Under the pieces are notes generated by a model. The model was not told the DNA's origin. It saw only the letters and a list, made by a program, of their open reading frames with translations, and searched no databases. A stretch of DNA of 64,000 nucleotides from NCBI GenBank assembly GCA_903856085.1, contig CAIOAT010000047.1, positions 84,634 through 148,633 on the forward strand, written 5' to 3'. This document shows, piece by piece, positions 28,101 to 43,100 of this stretch (positions are counted from its first letter, which is position 1; every line of letters begins with the position of its first letter). Made by a program: the position numbers and the translations under genes. This DNA comes from Candidatus Omnitrophota bacterium (GTDB lineage Bacteria > Omnitrophota > Omnitrophia > Omnitrophales > Aquincolibacteriaceae).

Positions 28101-31100
28101 GTCTGATACTTAGCGGCCTTGGCATCCAGATTGGTTTGCGCCAAGTCATAGGCCGTTTGGGCCGTCTGCGGTTGGTTCGGCGTGACAACACGATCCATCC
28201 CGTTGCCGCCGGATCCGCCAAGTTCGCGGAGAACATCGATGATCAGCTGGGCCGATTCGACGCCGATTCCCGTGGGAAGCGCGGCATCCGCGACAAGGGT
28301 GTTCAAAGGATCGGCGTTTTCTAAAATCTTGGTAAGATCGAAAACATAACTCGAAGTCGCGGGCGGCATCGACACCATCGTTCCATCGTTGGCCGTCACA
28401 AGCGTGGTTCCCTGCGTCACGGAGAGCTGCTTCGCGGTCAGATCCAGATTGAACGCGCCGGCGCTTCCCTGTAGCTGATAGAAATCGCCGCGGATGCCTC
28501 CGGTGCCACTCGCAGGATTGGTGGAATTCCCGCCCGTTCTCCACGCGGAACCAAAAAGCTTATCCGCGATGGCGGCATAGGCCCTTTCGGCCTCAGGCAA
28601 GGAGTCGAGCTGCGACACAAGTTCCAGCTGATCGTCAGTCGCAAGCTTCGGCAGGGTATCCTTCAAGGGATCGCCCACTTCGGTGGTAACGCCCGTGAAC
28701 GGGTCCCAACGCTTGAAAGTCGTCACCACGCTACCCGTTTTATCCGTCGTTGGCAGGGTCACGACTGTTTTGATGGTGATGCACTCGTAAGTGCCGCACT
28801 CGTCCGGATAATCCGGACTTTTCGTAGCGCCCGTGTTGGTATTTTGGATCTCCGTCTTGAAAGTAATCGTTTTGGTGATCACATCCTGACCACCCACGGT
28901 GGTCTTTGCTCCCGGAACATTCACGAGATCGTTCAACCGGGTCAGCACGGCCAGTTTATGCTGGGCATCGCGTAACGATGCGACGGGAGCAGTGACGATA
29001 CTGCCTGCCGCAAGGAGCTGGATGCCGATATCCCCGGTCATGTATTTCACGAGATCCACCAGCTGGTTCTTGTTCGCGGTAAGGACGGTCGTGCCGTTGG
29101 CGCTTTGCAACGCCTCCGATTCCTGAATGAGGCTCACGATCTCCGTCAAGCGCGCCTGAACATGTTTCGCTTCGGTGACCGCGCTCTGCTGCTGGCTCGA
29201 GGCCTCCTCGCTGGCCTTGATGAACATCTCATACAGGGCCGCGGTTGCGCCCTCATCCTTCTCATCCTTGAGCATTGACACGAGCGTCTTCTGGACCTCA
29301 ATGGCCTCCGTCGCTGCATCCCGGTATGCCAGCGACTTATAATAGGAAATGATTGTGTCCCCGAGGCCGATCGCGAGGCGCCCGATATCGATGGCGTCCT
29401 GGACGCTGCCTTTCACAAGATCGATCTCGGATTTCATGAAAGCATTGTCGGGATACCGTGCGGACAAGGCCTTGGCATCGTCATAGAGCGCTTCCAGGCC
29501 CTTAAAGTTCTCGGACTCGCTTCCATATATGTAGCGCTGCAGCGCCTCGATCGTCGCGGTGGCCTGCGCGGAAATCTCGCTGTCCGACATGGTCTTGGAA
29601 CTACCGGTGAGGTTCGTACGGAACGCCGTAAAGAAGCTGAGGTCGCTCAAGATCTGATTGATCACGTCCGCATTGAAGACCGCCGCGGTGACTCGGTCCT
29701 TGACGATCTTTTCGGCATTACTGACCTCGACAAGCTTATCCTGCTCGGCAGCCAAGAGTCTGATCCGCGCCTCGGTCTCGAGCTTCGCCTCGCGGGCCTG
29801 CTGTTCCGCCGTATTCATCGCGTTAGCCGCGGTCTGATAGGTGTCGCTGAAGCTGGCAAGGACGGGGTTCGCATCGATACTCTTCTTCAACTGGGAGGAT
29901 TCAAAACTGTCATTGGCCAGCTGCCAGTTGGATTTTGTTTCCGAATCGCGCAGGATCTGATCTTCCATTTGGGACAGGGGCTTTTGCACCTCATTCGCGA
30001 TCAAGTTCCGCAGGTTCCCCATCTCGGTTTGAACGCTGAGGAGCTGATTTTTGAGAACACTTTGCCCCAGCGACGAAGAGGTTTGATAGGCATCGTTCAA
30101 CGAGGCCTCTTCTTTCGAGAGATCAAAATAGATATCGTTCAGAGTTGAGAGTTTCTGGCGATAGGCCTCTGCCATTGCGGGATAAGTCATGTCCTTCCAC
30201 AACTGATCCGACGAGGATTCCAGGGCCGTGTGGGTCGCGGTAAGTTGCGCCGTCACGGTGGACACATCGATCGCAACTCCCGAGCTCTTCATCGTGGTCA
30301 GCTTACTCACAACTTTGGTGTATTCCCTGCTCACATCGTTCACGAACGCCGTAAGCGCATTGGCATCAAACACCGTTCCGGCCGGCAGGGCCAGCGAATC
30401 GATCGCCATCGTTTTTAATGCATTCTCGAGACTGGTCAGCTTCCCGCTAATATCAAAGGGACCTCCCGAGTTCACGGCCGCCGCAATATCCTTGATCATT
30501 TGTGACTTAAAGGCGGTAACAACGTACAAGGGATTGAGCATATCCTGCCACAATTGCTCGGCTGAGGATTCCAAGGCCGCATTCGCGGTCGCAAGCTGTG
30601 CAGCTGCTACGGACGCATCGACCGTTCCGGCCGCGCCCTTCATGGCGCTCAATTGTTTGGTCACCTCCCCGTAGGACTGGACCACGGCAGTCCGGAACGT
30701 CTCGATCGAAGCGTCAAAAACCGAGCCTTCGATGGATGAACCGCCCGGCGCGGAAGCCATTTGCGCGAGAGCTTTGGCCTTCAGATCGTTCGTAAGGATT
30801 GTGATCTGCGATTGGATATCCAAGGACATCCCCGTGTTCACAGCCGCCGTAACCGCCGAGGCCGCCTGAGATTTAAAAGCATTGGCCGGCGCCTGGAGAT
30901 TCGGCTGATCCGCAAGAGTCCCGACCGTTTTTAAGCCGGCCCCGAGGTTCTGAATCTCCGACTGGTAATACTCCAGAGGAATCGTGGTCGCCTGGCTCAA
31001 AACATCAGCCGCTGAAATTATGTCGACCAGCTTTTGCTGAAGCTTCTGCGCTCCGGTCTCCACGTACTTCACGGCATCCAGTTTTCTCGCAAGTTCGGTC

Positions 31101-34100
31101 ATCAGTGATGCTGTGGAGAAGATCGCATCATTACGAAGAATTTTCATCTCCGCCGCTTGGGCCTCGTTCTGAAGCGCTATCAGTTTTACTGGATCTGTGA
31201 GCATCTGCTCAGCCTGTTGAGAAGTAACGCTGCTTAAATCCACGGCCATTAAAACGTTATACTGGTCGGACAGATCTTGCGTTTGGTTGATCGTCTCATT
31301 AAGAACTTGGTCTTCCACGTCGGCTAGGACAAGGGTCCCGGCATCGATCTTGGCCTGAAGATCCGTTTTCATCTTTTCCGCATAGATTCCGTTAGCTCTC
31401 GACAGATAAGCCGTCATGGCCGTCTGGATCCCGGTAACACTAAACCGATCGCTTAAGACGGAGCGAGAATTTTCCGGAAGGATTGCGTAGAGTTTCTGGA
31501 AATCGACCATGTCGCCACGCAGGCTAGCAGACGTCACAAGCAGTTCTGCGAACTTAGTCTGAACATCCGTCAAGGTCGCTCCCGGAAGGCTTATCGCGTC
31601 AGCGGTCGCCTGCGCGTCGTCGAGCTCCGCAAAGACGCGGGTACGGATAGCTTCAACATCACGGATCGCAACATTCGTCTTGAGAACCTCGGTCATGGCA
31701 GCGGTCATATCCTCGATCAAGCCGAGCTTTGTCGACGCGGCCTGATACGTTTGACCGAGCGAATCCTTGGTCTCAATCGACGCGTTCATCCCCAACCGCT
31801 CGAGCTCGCTCAGTTTGAGATTCGCCTGTTTTTGGAGATCTTCGGCCTGATTCAAACGATTCGTGAGCTCGGTCACCGAGAGAGTAATATTGGTAGGATC
31901 TGTCAAACTTTGTTTCTGAAGACCATCCACGGCTACCTGTGCGGCGCTGACAGCATTAAGATCCGCAGTGGACGCGGCCAAGGCGGCTGTGTTCGCGGCC
32001 TCATGTTGCGTCTGCACCAGCAAGGACAATCTCGCGGTGTCGGCCTTCAGGGTCTCATATTGCTTGACCAGATCATTCGTCTGATAGTAGCCCGCGTACG
32101 AGCCGTCTGTAGGAGCAGCTTCGGTTCCCGTTGCACCGAATCGGAACTGGTTGAATTTCGCGAGAGTCAGAGCTTCGAGATTTTCGGCGCGTGCGACATT
32201 CACGAGGGCTTGACCAATCACTCCCGCATGAATATAGAAGAGTGGCTGGCCCGGAATGGTGATCGTAGCATTCCCGCTTGCATCCACCGTTGACGTAATA
32301 ATGTCTGAAATTAAAGTGCTCAGAGTTTTCGTCGCGGGGTCGTATTTGATGAACTGGAATTTTCCGTCTGCGGTGCCATGGATCTCGTAATAGGTCCCGG
32401 TCGTTGCTGGAGCAGGATCCGCAAAATAGATCCGGACTTCCCCGGTGTTCTGCAGCCTGGCGTATGCCTGATTGGCGCTCGTGAGCCACGCGTCAGCGCT
32501 CGGATTGTCGAACGTGCCGGCCGTAGAGTCCGTAAAGCTTGCCGAAGAAACGTCCTGGATACTAACGTTGGTTTGCTCACTGTCGAAATCAGGCCCGCGG
32601 TTATCGAGATAGAAGGTGGAGGATGCAAAAAGACCGGTGGCTTCCGCGGTGGAACCGGCAGCATGCATCTGATCGACCACGTTCTGCAGCTGATCTTTCG
32701 CGATTTCCACTTCCTTCTGGACCGATACCTGAAAAACGTCGTTCAGCTTCTTCGTGACATTTTCTAGCTTATCCATTTCGTCAAGCAACGCCGGGGTAAA
32801 AACATTAAGGCGATTTTGGGTATCCGTGAGGGTGTTTTGCACATCCGCCAAGGTCACGTTCCCCATGGCATTGAGGTCCTTCAGATCAAGAGGGAAAGAC
32901 CGCACCATCTCGAGCGCAGCGGCATTTTTCTCGGCAACCGTCGCCGCCCCGAATCGGTCGTTGATCGCATCCACGATATTCTTTAAAAGATTCTTCTGCT
33001 GGGTCAGCATCGATCGCCAGCTTTCCAGGCCGAGGAAAACGGTCTGAGCCATGAAAATGCCGCGCGGCGGGACGTCGGTACCGACATTCCCCATGAAATA
33101 ATCGACAAAGCGGCTGCCATCTGCCGTGGTCGGCGCCGATTTCATGATCTCGTCCGTGACCTGCTTAATGATCCTGAGATAATCGGCGCTAGAAGCGCTG
33201 GTCAGATCCGCGCTAAGTCCCGTAAGCGTCCCAAAATCTTGCAGGATCAGAACCAGGTCTTTTTCATTGATCTTGCCATCGCCATTCTTGTCCAGGTAGT
33301 CATTACCCAAACTCGTCTTCAGTTTCTCTGCCTCATCGAGCACCTTCTGCAGTTTGGCTACTTCCGCAGGCGACGTCGTGGGATCTGCAATCCGGTTCCT
33401 GACGCTCGTCTCGAGATCGCTCAGGCCGAACGCAAAGATGCTGACCGCGTTCACGAGCTCCGCCTTCTGCCATTGGGAGATCATATCGTTCGTGAACTTA
33501 AGAACAGCTTGATCGCGGGCGATCGCCTGATGCGCGATCCCTTCCAGTTTGAGGACAAAGCTATCAAAGGTTTTGAAGCTCATCAGATCGATGTCGTAAT
33601 TCGACTTGACCAGATCCATGGCGTTTTTCGCGTTCTGGTAATCCACCGTTGCCTGAACGACCGAGGCGTCACCCGGCGCGAGTTCGCCGGCGCTGACTTT
33701 TTCCATCAGAGTCTGCAAGTCCGTGGTCGCGGTCGACCACACATCACGCGCCGCAAGGTAGCTCTGTTCCTCAGCATTGAGCGTGACCTTCCGCGCCGCA
33801 AGTTCCTGTTGCTTCTGGATCAGGATTGCGAAAAGCTCCGCGGATGTTTCGCTCTTGCCGTCGGGTTGCAAAGTAACTTCACTGCCCGTGATCGTCACCT
33901 GATCAAGACCCATCAAGGCTCCGTTCGAGATCTCCAGCGCGAGATCCTTCAAAGCGGCCAGTGTTTCGACCTGATTGGTATCCGATGCCGTGGCGAGGAT
34001 CGCCTGCACCCTGTCATGGAAGCCTGTGAGGAAATCAGGCAGCACGTCTTCGGGCAGGTCTTTAAGAATGGCCGGATCGAGTTTGTTGAGGAAGGCCTGG

Positions 34101-37100
34101 AATGTCTGTTCGAGATTCGTCTCGCCCGGTTTATCCGGAGTCGGAACAGTTTCGGCCTCCGGGTTCCCTGAATTATAGTATTCATGGACCTGGATGGATT
34201 CGACATCCCCGTAGATATAGGCGTTCTTACCGATCAAGTCTTTGACGAAATTGACATCCGCTTCATTGACGAAACCATCCCCGTTCACATCGCGGTAATA
34301 CTGGAGCCTGTCCTGCATGAGCGTGTAATCCGCACCATCGACCTTGCCGTCTTTGTTGATATCGGCCAATTCGGCGGTGCCCTTGTTCTGCAGATCAAGC
34401 AAACCGATCAGCGGGAACATCTTCTCGAAGATGGCCTTATCCAGCATGTCAACCTTGCCGTCCAGATTGACGTCAATCATCCGGCTAATGGCGTTCGTCA
34501 GGGCGCTCACATCTTTGCCGTTCACAAGCTTGTCGAAATTGACGTCCGCGCGCGTCATGAGATCCTTACTGGTCGCACTGTCGATTTTGAACTTGTTCTG
34601 GAACACCTCAAGCCGCCTCATGGAATCCGAGGCTTGCAAGAAATAATCGCCCGCGGTATCCAGTTCGTTCTTGAGGGTGGTATTGCTCGGATTCGCCTCG
34701 CTCAGGGTGTTCAATGCCTTCAAATTTGCCGTGAGCGAGTTCAGGGCACTCTGAGCGCCGCCCGCTAGTGCAGTAATCGCGCTGGCAGTCGTAGCCGAAG
34801 GAGCTTTGGATTCGGCCCTCTGAATGATGCCAAGCGAGGTCAGAATCTCGTTGAGCTTAGTCGCTGCATCCGTCTCGGCCATCTTCATTTTCGCGACAAG
34901 CGCCAGAGCATCGGTATGGAGCTTGTCGTAATTCGCCTTGACCTGCGCGGCGTCGTCCGCAAGGCCTTTGAGCTGGCTATTTTTCGGATTGGCCGCGGCC
35001 TTTTGAGCCACTTCGTTGCTCTTGGCAGTCAACGTGACGCCGGCGGCTTCCAGTTCCCTCAGGATCTTTTCGGCAAGCATCGCGGACGAAGCCGATCCGA
35101 TCGAGGTGTTCAGACGCGAGATCTGCATCGCGAACGCCGAAACCGCGTTCGAAGACAACTGTGCATCGGCCTCCACCTGGGCCATCGCAGCATAAGTCGC
35201 GCCGATCTGCGTGTTCAAGCCGGCGATGACGTCACGAGCCGCTTTCGCAGAGACCCAGTTCGCGTGGATTGACGTGTCGGACTGATTAAGGGATGCCAGC
35301 GTAGCCACATGGCGATCGGCCTCAGCGAGCGCGTCTGCCATCGAGCTCTTGTAGAGCCCGACAATCTTGGAATTTGCCGCAACAATCGCCTGCTCGTTAT
35401 AAAGGACCGCCTGAGCCTTGAGCGCGTCGACTCTCAGTGCCAGATTCGAACCGTGTGTTTCGGCAAGCTCAAGCGTATCCTCGCGTTCCTTGACCGCTTC
35501 TGCCGCCTGATTGATGTCCACTACCTTCGAAGAGGCATCGGAAAGTTTGCTTTGCAGATCACTGTCGCTGAGGTTCGTCTGGAATGCGGTCCGCATCTGG
35601 TCGAGAATTTTCTGGGCAAGCGACCGGTTCAGCTCGGCCGAATCCTGACGAGCCTTCGCTTCGGCTGCCGTCGTCACCTGATTCAAACCGCCCAACAAAG
35701 CGCTGGCGGAATATTGCCGCAGGCCTTCGATCAAAGACAGCGCCGCCGTCCCGTGATCCGCAAGAATCCACTGGGTTGCGGCAGTATCGGCAAACCGGTC
35801 GCGGAGCGCAGCAACGTCCGTCATATTCGAAAAATCAGAAACCGCTCCAATGAAGTCCGCCAAGGACTGAACCGTCTCATCGGCCCGGTAAACGGTAAGA
35901 GCGCTTTCGGGATGAGTGCCGTATCCTGCCATGATCTGAACAAGCCCGTTCAAGTAATTACGGACGGCCGCCTCATCATGCCCCGTGCTGACCCAACCGG
36001 CGATGGCGGCACTCAGTCCGGCCATCACAGTCGCCGTGCCGGAAGTGACCGACAGGACTCCGCTCTTGTTGTAACGGATCACACCGCTCGGGGTCATCAC
36101 GTATTCGTCGACACTACTTGCATGCGCGATATCCACATCGCTCACGCTGAGGTCGGAAGCAGGATGCGTGTGCGCAACAAAATCAGCCGATTGAAGGATA
36201 TAAGCCACCGACTCCGGCAGACTGATAAGCGACTCTTCCCCGCTCGTGAAAAGGACTGTTTTCCCGTAGATCACCGCGATCCCGACTTCTTTATTAAGCG
36301 TCATAAGCTCCGCAAGGTTCGCCTCCGTAAGGGAATCCACGATCTGCGCCGTCGCGACATGGTCTTGTTTGAGAAGGTCGAGGGTATAAGCAAAAGTACG
36401 GGTCGCCGCATTGTCGTACGTGTACTGCGCGTTGAACGTCTGCGCGGGCAGCAGATAGCCCAAGGATTGAGCGAACGAAGCCAGCGAGTAATTGCCGGCA
36501 AACGCCGCCTGCTCAACCGACTTCTGAGCAAGGCTGATCGCATAATCCTGAATCATGTCAATCTGACGGTTGAGCGTCTCGACATAGATCGCGGAAGAAT
36601 CGGCAGTGACCTCCCCCGAGATCAGGCGGGCATAATTCGCCGCAGTGCGAATATTGACCGTCGTTTCGGCAGGCTGATCAGCCCGTTTCATAAGCGACGC
36701 ATAGCGGTCCGCCGCTTCCTTTTTGGCAAAACCGGCCTTCGTCAGGAGCGTGGCAACATTGGTGCGGTAACCGTTCATATCAGTATTTTCCGATAACCCG
36801 GTAAAGCGGGCCGCGACATCGGAAAGCTCTTTCTGCAGTTTTTCGATCTCACCCAGGAAGCTCGCGGCCATTCCGTTGGATTCTGTGCTCCGGATCACGG
36901 TCAAATAGGTCTGGATCTGCTTGTCGAGCGTAGTGGCAAGGTCGCTCAGGTTCTCGCCGTTAACCCCCGAGGCTAGCGCCTGTTCCAGGTCGATCTTCTC
37001 GGTCCAATAGGTGTGATCAATGCTATCGATCTGCAAGCGGTTGGCGTCGGCTTTCGCCTGGACGCCCGCGTCCGTGATGAGCCCGGTTGCAATACGCAAG

Positions 37101-40100
37101 ATACTTTCTTGTTCTGTGCGCCCAAATTTCCCGATAAGTCCAATCAAACTCAGATAGCCATTCTTGCCGTCGATCCCGACCCCGGAGATCCTCGCGGCAA
37201 ATACGTCAGCAAGTGCCGCGAAGGAGGACAGATCGGCGACTGAGTGCGTTTCTGAAGCCCTCATCTCAGCGGCTTGATCTTTCACGGATTCCGTCACCTT
37301 CTGAAACTGTTGATACTCATCTGCGGCCGCCTCACTCTGAGTCCTCAGATCGCCGTTCGTATACTCCGCAGCAGAATCCTGATGGATGCGGAACGCAAGG
37401 CCGCGCGCCTGATCATCCACGGACCCGGCCATCAGTTCAAACTCCGCCATATCGGAAAGGCTCAACGCATCCTGCGCTTTGACTTTCACAAGATCCGCCA
37501 CGGCTTTCAGACCTTCGAATTCATCGAAGGACGAGAGATCCATGGACGCAACGTCATATTTTCCTGAGGACTTCAGTCTCGCGGCCGCGGCATCAAGTTC
37601 CGTTTTAAGATACGTCCTATCGGCAGCGATTGCTCCCAGAACTGACGTCGCTCCGGGCAGAGCGGCCTGCGCCTCGACTCCATAAGCGTCAACTTTCGCG
37701 AGCATTGCCGCAGCCAGTTGGTAGGCTGCTTCGCTGGCGTGGATCGCCGCGGGGGTATTGTCCTTCGCAAGATCCTCGGCCATGGTCAAAAGGGCCTTCG
37801 CCGCCTGAACGGTGGTCTCAACCTCCGTCTTGATTGACGCACCCGAGGTCTTTAGCATCATCAGTCGGCGCGATTCCTTCTCGATCGAAGCGGCCGAGGC
37901 CAGAGCAGCTTCATAGGCCGCATCGGCCACCGCGACCTCCGGTGTGCCGGCGATCGAAGCATAACTACTTTCGGTATAAGCCTGCGCCTGATGAGCCGCT
38001 TCATAGGCGGCCGCAACCATCTGATCTGCGAGTTTCACCAGGGCTTCACTGTAGTTCGCATCCATGCCGCCCGCTGCCATCAGGGACAAGAGCTGACTCA
38101 TCTGCGATGCGAGGGCAGAATTGGATACATTTTCGGTTCTCTGGGCGTTCAATCTCCATTCGGCCTGAACGGCCTCATCTTTGAGATTCGCGATCTGATC
38201 GAGGGTCGCAAGAAGCGGCTGGTAGGCCGATTTAAAGGACGGATTTCCCGCATACTGGCTGAGGATCCACGCGGCCTGACGGTTGAGATCGAGGCTCTCG
38301 ACGGACAGACGGTTGACAACTTCCATCGAGCTGTCCAGTTCAAGCTGTGTAAGGGCGCCCTTCACTCCGTTCACCGCGATCTGCAAGCTGCTCTGGATAT
38401 TGACCATTTGACGAGACAACGCGCCCATAACCTTGAGGTCTGCCTGCTCGCGGATCGAAGTAAAAGTCGTTTCGGCCGTAGCGGCCATCGCACGGATCTT
38501 GTCCATACTGGCCGTCCAGGTCACATCGTTGACATTCAGAAGAGCCTGCACCTGAGCCGCGGCATCAAGCGACCGGACGCGGACCATCACTTTTTCAGCA
38601 AGCGTTGCGGCCGTGAGCGCGATCTTGGCATCGGTGGTCTCGTTCACATCCTGCGCATAAGCGGCTAAGACCGACGCGAGATCATCCACTTTCGTGACGT
38701 ACGACTCCCCCTTGGTCTGGAGCCCGAGTTTTTCGGAAACCGTTAATTCCAGCCCTGTCAGGATATCGTCGATACCGGACGCATTGGACAGCACCACCGA
38801 CAAGTTCGTCTGGAGGGCTTGCGTCATCGCCGCGGAGCGATAGAGTTCCAACACGGTTGCATAGAGGCCCTGCAATTCCTCGCGGCGTGCCCCGACAAAT
38901 GCGTCGAGAGACGAAAGCATCGAGCTCTGCGCTCCCGTCCACTGAGATTCCTGCCGCAGCATCTGATCCTTCATCTGGACCGATTGATCTATCAGGCTTG
39001 CACCCTGACTCAGAACAGCCTGCCGATAAGCGACATCCATTTCGATTGTCTTGTAATCGCTTGTGAGGGACGCCAGCTGTGTGCTCGCTTCCTGGATCTG
39101 CGCCAAAACCTCAGGACTGTTCAAATGACCGTAAGTCATCGTAAGGATGCTGCCGAAAAAGTCCGACATCTTGGACTGGCCGTCGCGCAGGACCGCCATC
39201 ATCCCGTTGATCGCGGCCGTATCGTCCGTGTTGCGGATCGCCTCACGGATCGACGCCATCTGGCCGCGTAGAACATCGATCTGGTTGCTCAAAAGGTTGA
39301 TCTGGACAAGACTCGAATCCAGGTTCTTGACGCCGTCGGTAACGGTATTCTTCATCGCAGCCATTTTCTGAGCGAGGTCCGTGACCGTCTGATAGGACGC
39401 GGTGATGTCGGCCTGGGTGATATTCTGAACATCCTTCAGGAAACTATAAGCCGCCTTCGCCTGCGTCAATTCCCGGTCAAAAGAATCCCAGAGCACGGCC
39501 ATAGCTTTCAGTTTTGAAACATCCATGCCGGCGGTCATCTCGGCAAGGATCTGTCCGGCCACATCGCTGGAGGCCTGCAATCCTGCGGTCAAGCCCGCGC
39601 CGGCATCGGCAAAGAGAGATCCGCTCTGGTAATAAAGATCCAGATCGGCAAAATTCTGCTCATTGGTTTTCGCCGCCTGCAAAATATCAGAAATAGATTT
39701 TAGGGAATCCGCGTTGATCTTGCCCAAAGAGACCTGGTAGGCAGCCATCAGATTCCGAACGGACGCATCGGCTGCATCCGTGGCCAACGTATGCGCTGCC
39801 GTAACCACACTCAGGGGCTGACCTTTGTAGATGGCAAGATACTGCAGCAACGCATTTTCGGAGCGGACCGCCTTCATGCGATCCGTGAGCGCCGATTCAT
39901 TCTGCGTCGCGGTAGCGAGAAGAGCTTCCGCTTGTTTTGAGAGATCCTGGAGTGAGGCCGCCACATCCTGCAGGAATGTGATCTGGCTCTCAACGTTCGT
40001 CGGAAATTGAGACTGGCTCATCTCTGCCTGCTTCTTCTTGATCTCCTGCGCGACATAAAGCCCAGCTGCTTCGAGGGTCCGCTGCGCCTGAGTCACGGCT

Positions 40101-43100
40101 GACTTCGATTTTTCCTTTTGAGCGACCCCGAACGCATCGCGCGCTACCTGAGCGATCGATTCGATCTCGAATCCCGCCCCGGCCGTCTGCGCCTGAATCT
40201 TGGCTGTCACCAGGTTCACATAGGCGATCGCCTTACCTTCATACTCGTTATATTTCTCCACATTCACGGCGATCATAATGTTCGTCGGATCGTTCTTGGC
40301 CAGAGCCGCGAGGGCATCCTTGTCGGCGCTTACTTTCAGGAGCTCATCCTTACCGAGTTTCTCAATTAATTTCAGGGCCTCGGTATTGTCGGTGGTTCCG
40401 CTTGCCTTGAGCAAGCCTTCCAGATAGGCGAGAGTGCCCGCGGTTGGATGAACGATCGAATCCCCATCCGTCTTTTCCGCATCCCTTGCGGCAATGGACG
40501 AGCGCATATCCGTAGCGGCCGCCGTAAGCGCCGCCAGATCCGAAGCGCTTCCGAGATTGGCGGCATAGTTCAGCGCCGCGTCGATCAGCTTGTTGCCCGA
40601 CAGGAGGAAAGCCTCAGTCCGGTCCGTCGCGGTAAAATACGCCTTCGCATCCGTGATGAAGTTCTTCAAGCCGCTGATCTGAGTCGCAGGAGCGATCACA
40701 GTCCCCAGCGAAATACCGGCATTGGCGGCAAGAGTCACCACCGATTGATACAGATCGTTGATCGCCACGAGCTTTTGCGCGACCTGAGTGCGATTCGCCA
40801 CAAGCGTCGTGTTATCCAGATGCTGCGCCGCATAGGCGCTCAGTTGCGCATCAAGATCGGCCGCGGATTGCCCGATCCCCTTCAATAATTCTGCGGCAAG
40901 GCGGAGCGGCGTCCCCGTAAGGTGATCGGCGGCATACTGGGAAATATACTGGGAGGCCGATTCGAATTGCGCCATCTGATCGAGCGCACTCTTGCCGGCC
41001 GTCGAGGCAAACACATCGGCGGAAAGGGCTTGTTCCATCTCAGCGAGCGCGGCTTGCATATCGGCAATCTTGCCCGAAGTCGCGGAGGCAATATCGGAAA
41101 CAGATTGGACCCCGGGATAAACGCCGAGGCGCGACTGGATATTGTCAGATACGAGCTTAGCGCTATCAATGATCGCGCCAGCATCTTCGAGCAGCTTCTC
41201 TTTTGTAGAAACCAGGCCCTGGCTCGCCGCCGCACGGAGATTATTGAAAAGAGTCTGATAAGAATCGATCTCGGCCTGCTGAGCGTACATACCCGCGATA
41301 TCTGAGATCTTGGCACTCGCCTGTTCATAGTGGCTTGAGAATTGGGCCATCTGAGCCTGGAACGCGGCATTCCCTGTGTAGCCCTTGGCCAACTCATCCG
41401 CCATGGATTTCAGCACGGCAAGCGTAGCCTGACGCGCGAGAATATCCGCCTGAGTTCTGCCCTGCAGGGCACTTGTGACCAACCCGCCCAAAGCGGCTTC
41501 GATGGAACCCAACTTCAGCGAATCCTCCGCCGCCTTGTCCTGCTGAACCGCCTGCCTATCCTGCGCAGAAACTTCCAGGTCAAAAACGCCATCGATCCCC
41601 TCGATCTGAGTTTGCCAGCCGGAGATTAAAATCTGGTTACTGAGCACGCGAGCCCGGCTCGCGGAAACATCCGTATTCCCCGCCATCGTATTCAGCTTGC
41701 CGGCATCAAGGGCCAGCAAGCCGGATATTTCCGCCAAGCGGTCCTGCGCCTTCTGGATCATATCCGCGAGGGAGAGATCGTTCGCGCCGACAAGATCTGA
41801 AACGAGAACTGCAGGATCCATGCCGGAAGCCTGAAATACCGACTTGTACTGATCAAACAAATTCCCGCGCATCACCGCACCCGGCCGGTTGGCGCCGGTA
41901 TCCGGCGTGATGCCGCTCAGGGCATCAAACAACGCTTCACGAGTTTCTTGATGATTGCCGAGCTGAGTCAAATGAGTCGTTTTATCCGCAACGCTGATCT
42001 GGCGACCGAGAAGCGTAACCAGCGTGTTCAGGAATTCCTGATCCCCCATGGCCGCTTGTTTAGAATCCGCGGCAAAGACGATCTGCTTCAGGAAAGTCGT
42101 CGGCGAGACACCCGTGCTGACTGCTTTGACTATATCTCGCAGTTGCGAATCGCTCAGGGTCCTGCCAAGGAAAACCGTTGCGACGGCATCCATCGAGGAT
42201 CGGGTGGAGACGACTGCCCCGAGCGCCACCACCATACTGAAAAGCATGGCAGCTTCGTGGGCGAATGCATCGCTTTCCTGCGCCGCGCTCACGCCGCCAG
42301 TCTCCGTCATCTTCTGATCACGCAGCCGCAAATTAATATGTGCCGTTTGAGTCTCAAGCGAGGTCAGCGCTGTAGAGATCGCAGCCTCCGCAGCTTTGAT
42401 GTTCGTATTCGCCGGGTAACTGCCCAGCGCCCCAATCACCTCCAGGTAGTTCTCCTGCAGGGATTGCTTGAGCAGATCCGCCTGGCGCGCAAGCGACTCG
42501 ATCACCGAGGAAGACTGGACGCTGTCGGCAAACTGCGAAAGATCCAGGGCCGCAGCCGAGATATTGCCCGCACGGTCTTTCAACTCGAGGGCACGGGTTT
42601 CGACCGTCTGCATCGCGACATTCAAGGCAGCCAAAGAAGTCAGGATCGATTGAATCTCGGCCAGATAGCCCGCCGCGTTCGCTTTTTCGATCACCTGAGC
42701 CGCCGAGGCCGGGGCCTGGTCGATCTGCGCGATGATCACCTGGGCATCACTCAGGATACCCTCCAGCACATCGATGCGCGATTGCACATCTCCGGAGTTC
42801 GTCGCATTCAAAACATCCGCCGACGCGAGTTTCGCAGTCGAGAGCATCTGCTGCAGCTTCGCGATGGGACTCACTTCAGCCGCGGCGAGACCTTCTCTCT
42901 GCGCGATAAGCGCCTCGATCGCCGCAATATCTTGATCGATCGAATCGGAGACCTTCGTCGTCGCAGCCACGAGCGCCACTGAATCGAGATTGCTCTTCAG
43001 CATTTTGGCAAGCTTCTGGACGATCTTTGCGGTCTCGTCATTATTGGCCTTGATCTCGAGCATGGCGGCTTCAATAGCGTGTACCTGCGAAAGATCCTGC

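Noticed and set aside
35309-36796. The longest ORF in the supplied track (plus strand, 495 aa), and similar long plus-strand ORFs at 52931-54049, 56483-57601, 41948-42982, 23039-24052, 26309-27313, 17846-18829 and 19979-20947.
   Set aside because: All lie in the plus phase that is codon-aligned with the minus-strand coding phase. That is the in-phase antisense frame, which stays open in GC3-rich genes because the codons TTA/CTA/TCA are rare. Their translations are Arg/Leu/Gly/Ile-rich low-complexity strings. The opposite strand gives motif-bearing protein sequence at the same places.
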